The notes under the pieces: model-generated
What the model was told of the DNA's origin: nothing
The model's input: only the letters and a program-made list of their open reading frames with translations
The model's database searches: none
In this document: positions 55,771 to 64,000 of the stretch, one piece after another
Layout: each line of letters starts with the position of its first letter
Numbering within the stretch: position 1 is the stretch's first letter
Made by a program: the position numbers and the translations under genes
Assembly: GCA_965656965.1 (NCBI GenBank)
Contig: CBFHMK010000008.1
Span: forward strand, 30,970 to 94,969
Direction of reading: 5' to 3'
DNA length: 64,000 nt
Source: an uncultured Porticoccaceae bacterium
GTDB lineage: Bacteria > Pseudomonadota > Gammaproteobacteria > Pseudomonadales > Porticoccaceae

Positions 55771-57033
55771 CTAAACGCGTTTCTTCTTTAAATCGCGGAT
55801 AATAAATCGAGCTGGGTGCATGGCCAGGCGCAGCTCCTGATCTAGCGGCGGCTCCTCGCCGGCAATTTCAGTGGCCAGCAACTCTGAGGTCAATGGCGCA
55901 TAGCTGAGGCCCCGAGACCCCATGCCGCAATTGACATAGAGATTTGGCCAGTAACTACCCCCAGACAAGATATCCGCCCGGGCGTCCCGGCGCAGCGAAG
56001 CGAAGTCCTCTATAAATTCACTGAGTTCCGGAACAGCTCCCACGATAGGCAGATAGTCTTTGGTCGTGCAGCGGTAATTAGCTCGGCCCTGCATTTTATC
56101 TAGGGGCTGAGCGCCCAGTAGAGCGCCTAGGCCGGCATCTGTAGCCTCTATTTGCTCCAGGTTGCTCTGATGATCTTCGTCTCTTAGCTCAGTGGTAAAA
56201 AGGCCTTTATTGTAGGTTGCACCGCAGCTGTGGCGACCTGCTTGCTGGGGGGTAATATAGCCTTGCCCACAGATGACTGTCTTAAGCCTGCTGCTAGTGG
56301 AACTGGCTGCCAGCTCAGTAACCTGGCCACGTAGCTGGGTCACTGGCAAAAAAGCCGTCTCGGAGAGCTGTTGGCAGCCATAGGCATTGGCGATAACCAG
56401 TGTCTCAGCGGCACTAACCAGCTGGCCCTCTGCATTGAAAAGCTGCCAAGATTGGCCATCATGTTTCAACTGATGAATATCTGCGCTCAGCAATGGAATC
56501 TCCTGCTGTGCTAGGAGTTGCTGACATATTTTTCCTGGGGGAAGCCAGCCAAGTTTGGGAAAATATAGCCCAAGTTCGGCCTCCAGACTAAGCCCGGCGA
56601 GCTCGCACAGCTGGGCATTTTCCAGCAGCTGAACTAACTCGGGTTGATTATGAAAACGCTGGCCAATAGTTTTGAAATCTGCACTGACTCTGGCGTTTTC
56701 CGGCAGTACCATAACGCCACATTGCTCCCCCAGACCCTGCTGCCAAAAAGGCCGATAGTAATTGCTGGCGAATTGCATAGCCGCAAGATTTACTCTGGGC
56801 AGTAGATCGTCTCTAGGTGATAATTTTGGGTAAACAATTGCCTGTCGGTTGCCAGACCCTTCGCAACCAGGGGTGCTGTGACGGTCGACAACCCTTACGT
56901 TAAAGCCCCGACGTCCCAGTGCGGCGGCCGTTGTGCATCCAGCAATACCAGCGCCCAATACCAGCACATCTTTAGTGCTTCTCGGGGTGGGCGACTTATT
57001 GATGTGCCATCGCTGCACGGCCTCTCTAGCCAT
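55771..57033 (-). CDS. mnmC: Stand-alone MnmC FAD-dependent oxidoreductase domain (no N-terminal methyltransferase)
   Basis: [50 protein letters not shown]. Start placed at ATG 57033, overlapping the fldB stop. Confidence 0.85.
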   Translation of the reverse strand: MAREAVQRWHINKSPTPRSTKDVLVLGAGIAGCTTAAALGRRGFNVRVVDRHSTPGCEGSGNRQAIVYPKLSPRDDLLPRVNLAAMQFASNYYRPFWQQGLGEQCGVMVLPENARVSADFKTIGQRFHNQPELVQLLENAQLCELAGLSLEAELGLYFPKLGWLPPGKICQQLLAQQEIPLLSADIHQLKHDGQSWQLFNAEGQLVSAAETLVIANAYGCQQLSETAFLPVTQLRGQVTELAASSTSSRLKTVICGQGYITPQQAGRHSCGATYNKGLFTTELRDEDHQSNLEQIEATDAGLGALLGAQPLDKMQGRANYRCTTKDYLPIVGAVPELSEFIEDFASLRRDARADILSGGSYWPNLYVNCGMGSRGLSYAPLTSELLATEIAGEEPPLDQELRLAMHPARFIIRDLKKKRV

Positions 57034-57568
57034 CCGCTCGCAATCCGAATTCTTGTAGAATTTGATTACACCATTTATCAATATAGTCGTCAGTCAGGTC
57101 TAGCTGGTTTTCATCATCAAGGGGCAGGCCAACAAAAAACTTGCCATCTCCGGTTAAGGCTTTTGACTGTTCGAAGCTATAGCCCTGATTAGGCCAGGCC
57201 CCAACGGCATGGGCACCCTGATTAACCATCTTGGCCCACAGATAGCCGAGAGCATCCTGAAACCATTCGGGATATCCTACCTGATCACCAAGCCCATAAA
57301 TGGCGACCTGAGCATTGGTTAAATCTAAGTCATCCAGACTATCCCAATGAGACTCCCAGTCTTCCTGCAGTTCGCCGTAGTCCCAGGTAGGTATGCCGAG
57401 AATAAGGTAACTGTAGTCGGTCATTAAGTGCACTGAATCCGAGGCGATATTGTGTAACTGGACAGTATCACTACCCATTATGTTATCGATGGCATCGCGG
57501 ATTTTTTCTCCCGCCATTTCCGTGTAGCAGGTGGAGCTGCCATAGAATAAGCCGATGGTTGCGGTCAT
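57026..57568 (-). CDS. fldB: Long-chain flavodoxin FldB
   Basis: [42 protein letters not shown]. Confidence 0.93.
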   Translation of the reverse strand: MTATIGLFYGSSTCYTEMAGEKIRDAIDNIMGSDTVQLHNIASDSVHLMTDYSYLILGIPTWDYGELQEDWESHWDSLDDLDLTNAQVAIYGLGDQVGYPEWFQDALGYLWAKMVNQGAHAVGAWPNQGYSFEQSKALTGDGKFFVGLPLDDENQLDLTDDYIDKWCNQILQEFGLRADG

Positions 57569-57617
57569 TATTTTTTGCTGTCCTCGCGAATAATGGTTGG
57601 GCCTGTGATGTGCCTAT

Positions 57618-58079
57618 TCAACTGCCTGCGAACCCAAGCTGTCGCCAGGCTTCATAGGCGACTATGGAGACTGTATTAGAGAGATTCAAGCTGCGGCTGT
57701 CGGGCTGCATAGGCAGCCTTAATACATTAACCATTCCAACCTCTGAGCGTATTGCTTCCGGTAGCCCCCTAGTCTCAGGGCCAAATAGCAGCGTATCCCC
57801 GGGCTGATACTGGACTGCAGAATAGCATTGGGTGCCCTTGGTGCTCAGGGCATAGATATTGCTGGGTTTTACCTGCTGCTGATAGCTGGGCCAGCTGCTA
57901 TGGACCTGCAGTGATTGAAATTCTCGATAATCAAGCCCAGCACGGCGAAGCTTTTTATCATCCAGATCAAAACCCAGAGGCTCAATAAGATGCAGTTGGA
58001 AACCTGTATTGGCGCAGAGACGAATAATATTGCCTGTGTTTGGGGGAATCTCTGGCTGATGGAGCACTATATTGAGCAT
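57618..58079 (-). CDS. trmL: tRNA (cytidine/uridine34-2'-O)-methyltransferase
   Basis: [37 protein letters not shown]. Confidence 0.97.
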   Translation of the reverse strand: MLNIVLHQPEIPPNTGNIIRLCANTGFQLHLIEPLGFDLDDKKLRRAGLDYREFQSLQVHSSWPSYQQQVKPSNIYALSTKGTQCYSAVQYQPGDTLLFGPETRGLPEAIRSEVGMVNVLRLPMQPDSRSLNLSNTVSIVAYEAWRQLGFAGS

Positions 58080-58203
58080 AATAACTGACTCGACTTGAAA
58101 GCTGGTTATTATCGCACTAATTTATGGCACTGTTGTAGGCTGATCGGCTAGTATCCACAGGCAAATTAAAAAACTCTAAAGTATCTATACAGGGGAAAAG
58201 GCA

Positions 58204-58980
58204 ATGCAGTTTTTCAGATTATCCAGATTGTTACTCGTTGGCATTACATTGCTAATGACGTCCTATGCCTTAGCAGAGCGCAGTGCCGCCAATATGGCTC
58301 GCGATGAATTTCGTCACCCTATTGAGACCTTAGATTTCTTTGGGATAAATGCTGCTATGGATGTGGTCGAAATCACCCCGGGAGGTGGTTGGTATACCGA
58401 GATTTTAGCGGAAAAAATTCAAGGTACTCTGTATGCGGCGCATTTTAATCTCCAGGCCAAAAGTGCCTATTACCGCAATTCCAGAACCAAGTTCGAGCAG
58501 ATGATTACTGCTACCCCATCACTTTACAGTAATGTCGAATTGCACACCTTTGATTCAGGTGCTCAGCTACTGACTACGCCTGACAATAGCGCAGATGCAG
58601 TGCTTACCTTTCGCAATGTGCACAACTGGATGAGATCCAGTAAAGAAGCCTCGTCGTTTGAGTTGTTTTTCAAGACTCTCAAACCTGGTGGTGTGCTGGG
58701 CGTAGTGGAGCATAGAGCCAAGCCAGGGACCAATCTTCAGGCCATGATTAAAAGTGGTTATGTGACTCAGAGCTATGTGATTGAGCTTGCTGAACGAGCT
58801 GGATTTATCTTTGAGGCCTCCTCAGAAATCAACGCCAATCCAGCGGATACCGCGGATCATCCGAAAGGTGTTTGGACATTGCCACCTAGCTTGCGCCTTG
58901 GGGACGAGGACCGCGATCGCTATCTGGCTATTGGCGAGAGCGATCGTATGACCCTGCGCTTTAGGAAACCGTTAAAGTGA
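58204..58980 (+). CDS. Signal-peptide-bearing class I SAM-dependent methyltransferase-like protein
   Basis: RHPIETLDFFG, VVEITPGGGWYTEIL, LTFRNVHNW, LKPGGVLGVVEHRA, ESDRMTLRF. Confidence 0.8.
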   Translation: MQFFRLSRLLLVGITLLMTSYALAERSAANMARDEFRHPIETLDFFGINAAMDVVEITPGGGWYTEILAEKIQGTLYAAHFNLQAKSAYYRNSRTKFEQMITATPSLYSNVELHTFDSGAQLLTTPDNSADAVLTFRNVHNWMRSSKEASSFELFFKTLKPGGVLGVVEHRAKPGTNLQAMIKSGYVTQSYVIELAERAGFIFEASSEINANPADTADHPKGVWTLPPSLRLGDEDRDRYLAIGESDRMTLRFRKPLK

Positions 58981-59307
58981 TTGAAATCCCTCCTGAGCGA
59001 TTAACTGCTGAAGTTTTAGAGGCTGTTATTCAGGAATTTATCCTGCGTGAAGGCACGGATTATGGCGCCCAGGAAGCTGGTTTAGAGGCCAAGATAGACC
59101 AGGTGCGACGCCAGTTGGCGCGCGGTGATACGGTGATTACTTTCGACCCGGCAACGGAAAACTGCACCTTGCTGACCCGCCATCAATTTAGGCGTTTTAT
59201 TGCTGAGGAAGCCACAGCTGCAGCACCGCCCTCCGATATCAATCAGGATAAATCTCAGGCGACGATTGCCGCTTACGAGGACTATTCTCAGGATCCAGGT
59301 AATAGTA

Positions 59308-59315
<8 letters not shown>
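58977..59315 (+). CDS. yheU: YheU (UPF0270) family protein with C-terminal extension
   Basis: MIEIP...IQEFILREGTDYG...KIDQVRRQL signature. Confidence 0.88.
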
Positions 59316-63308
<3,993 letters not shown>

Positions 63309-63399
63309 GGATATTGTAGGCTATCTCGGCTGCAACTAAGTTTTGCGCAACCTTTTTCTTCTTTGAACTGTTTCTTAACCACCAAATTGGAGTCACTAA

Positions 63400-64000
<601 letters not shown>

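Noticed and set aside
55771-57081. mnmC as a truncated pseudogene
   Set aside because: The FAD domain is full length and uninterrupted, with a start coupled to the fldB stop; no methyltransferase remnant upstream.

Overview
A 64-kb chromosomal window from a gammaproteobacterium; the core gene order is Pseudomonadales/Cellvibrionales-like (inference from synteny only). Housekeeping blocks flank it. Left: ypjD, ffh-rpsP-rimM-trmD-rplS. Right: rnr, lptM-lysA-dapF-DUF484, cyaY, argH, algR-hemCDXY, trmL-fldB-mnmC, tilS-pyrG-kdsA-eno. Between them is a ~39-kb accessory block (~4.4-43.3 kb) encoding a Wzx/Wzy exopolysaccharide system tied to a VPLPA-CTERM/exosortase (XrtD-like) protein-sorting system. 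It carries eight glycosyltransferases plus a WcaJ-type priming transferase, a sulfotransferase, a GDP-heptose-type pathway (gmhA, hddA, hddC, with a histidine phosphatase where gmhB is expected), a Tat-peptide/GMC oxidoreductase pair, a beta-helix lipoprotein and a 17-bp tandem repeat in front of the exosortase. The most interesting signal is at the right end of the block. No PrsK/PrsR pair is present; instead there is a NarL-type regulator, a TonB-dependent receptor, a periplasmic binding protein and a BarA/GacS-like hybrid kinase. These are followed by an unannotated ~250-300 nt terminator-ended region with GGA motifs in hairpin loops, i.e. a candidate CsrB/RsmYZ-type sRNA. Several genes in the block have their Shine-Dalgarno AGGA in hairpin loops (CsrA-target geometry), and a near-consensus CRP box sits at the left end. 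Together these suggest a self-contained outer-membrane-to-CsrA signalling cascade controlling a sulfated, heptose-containing surface layer. This is a hypothesis from reading the sequence; no database searches or folding calculations were run. No tRNA, rRNA, CRISPR array, integrase or transposase was seen.
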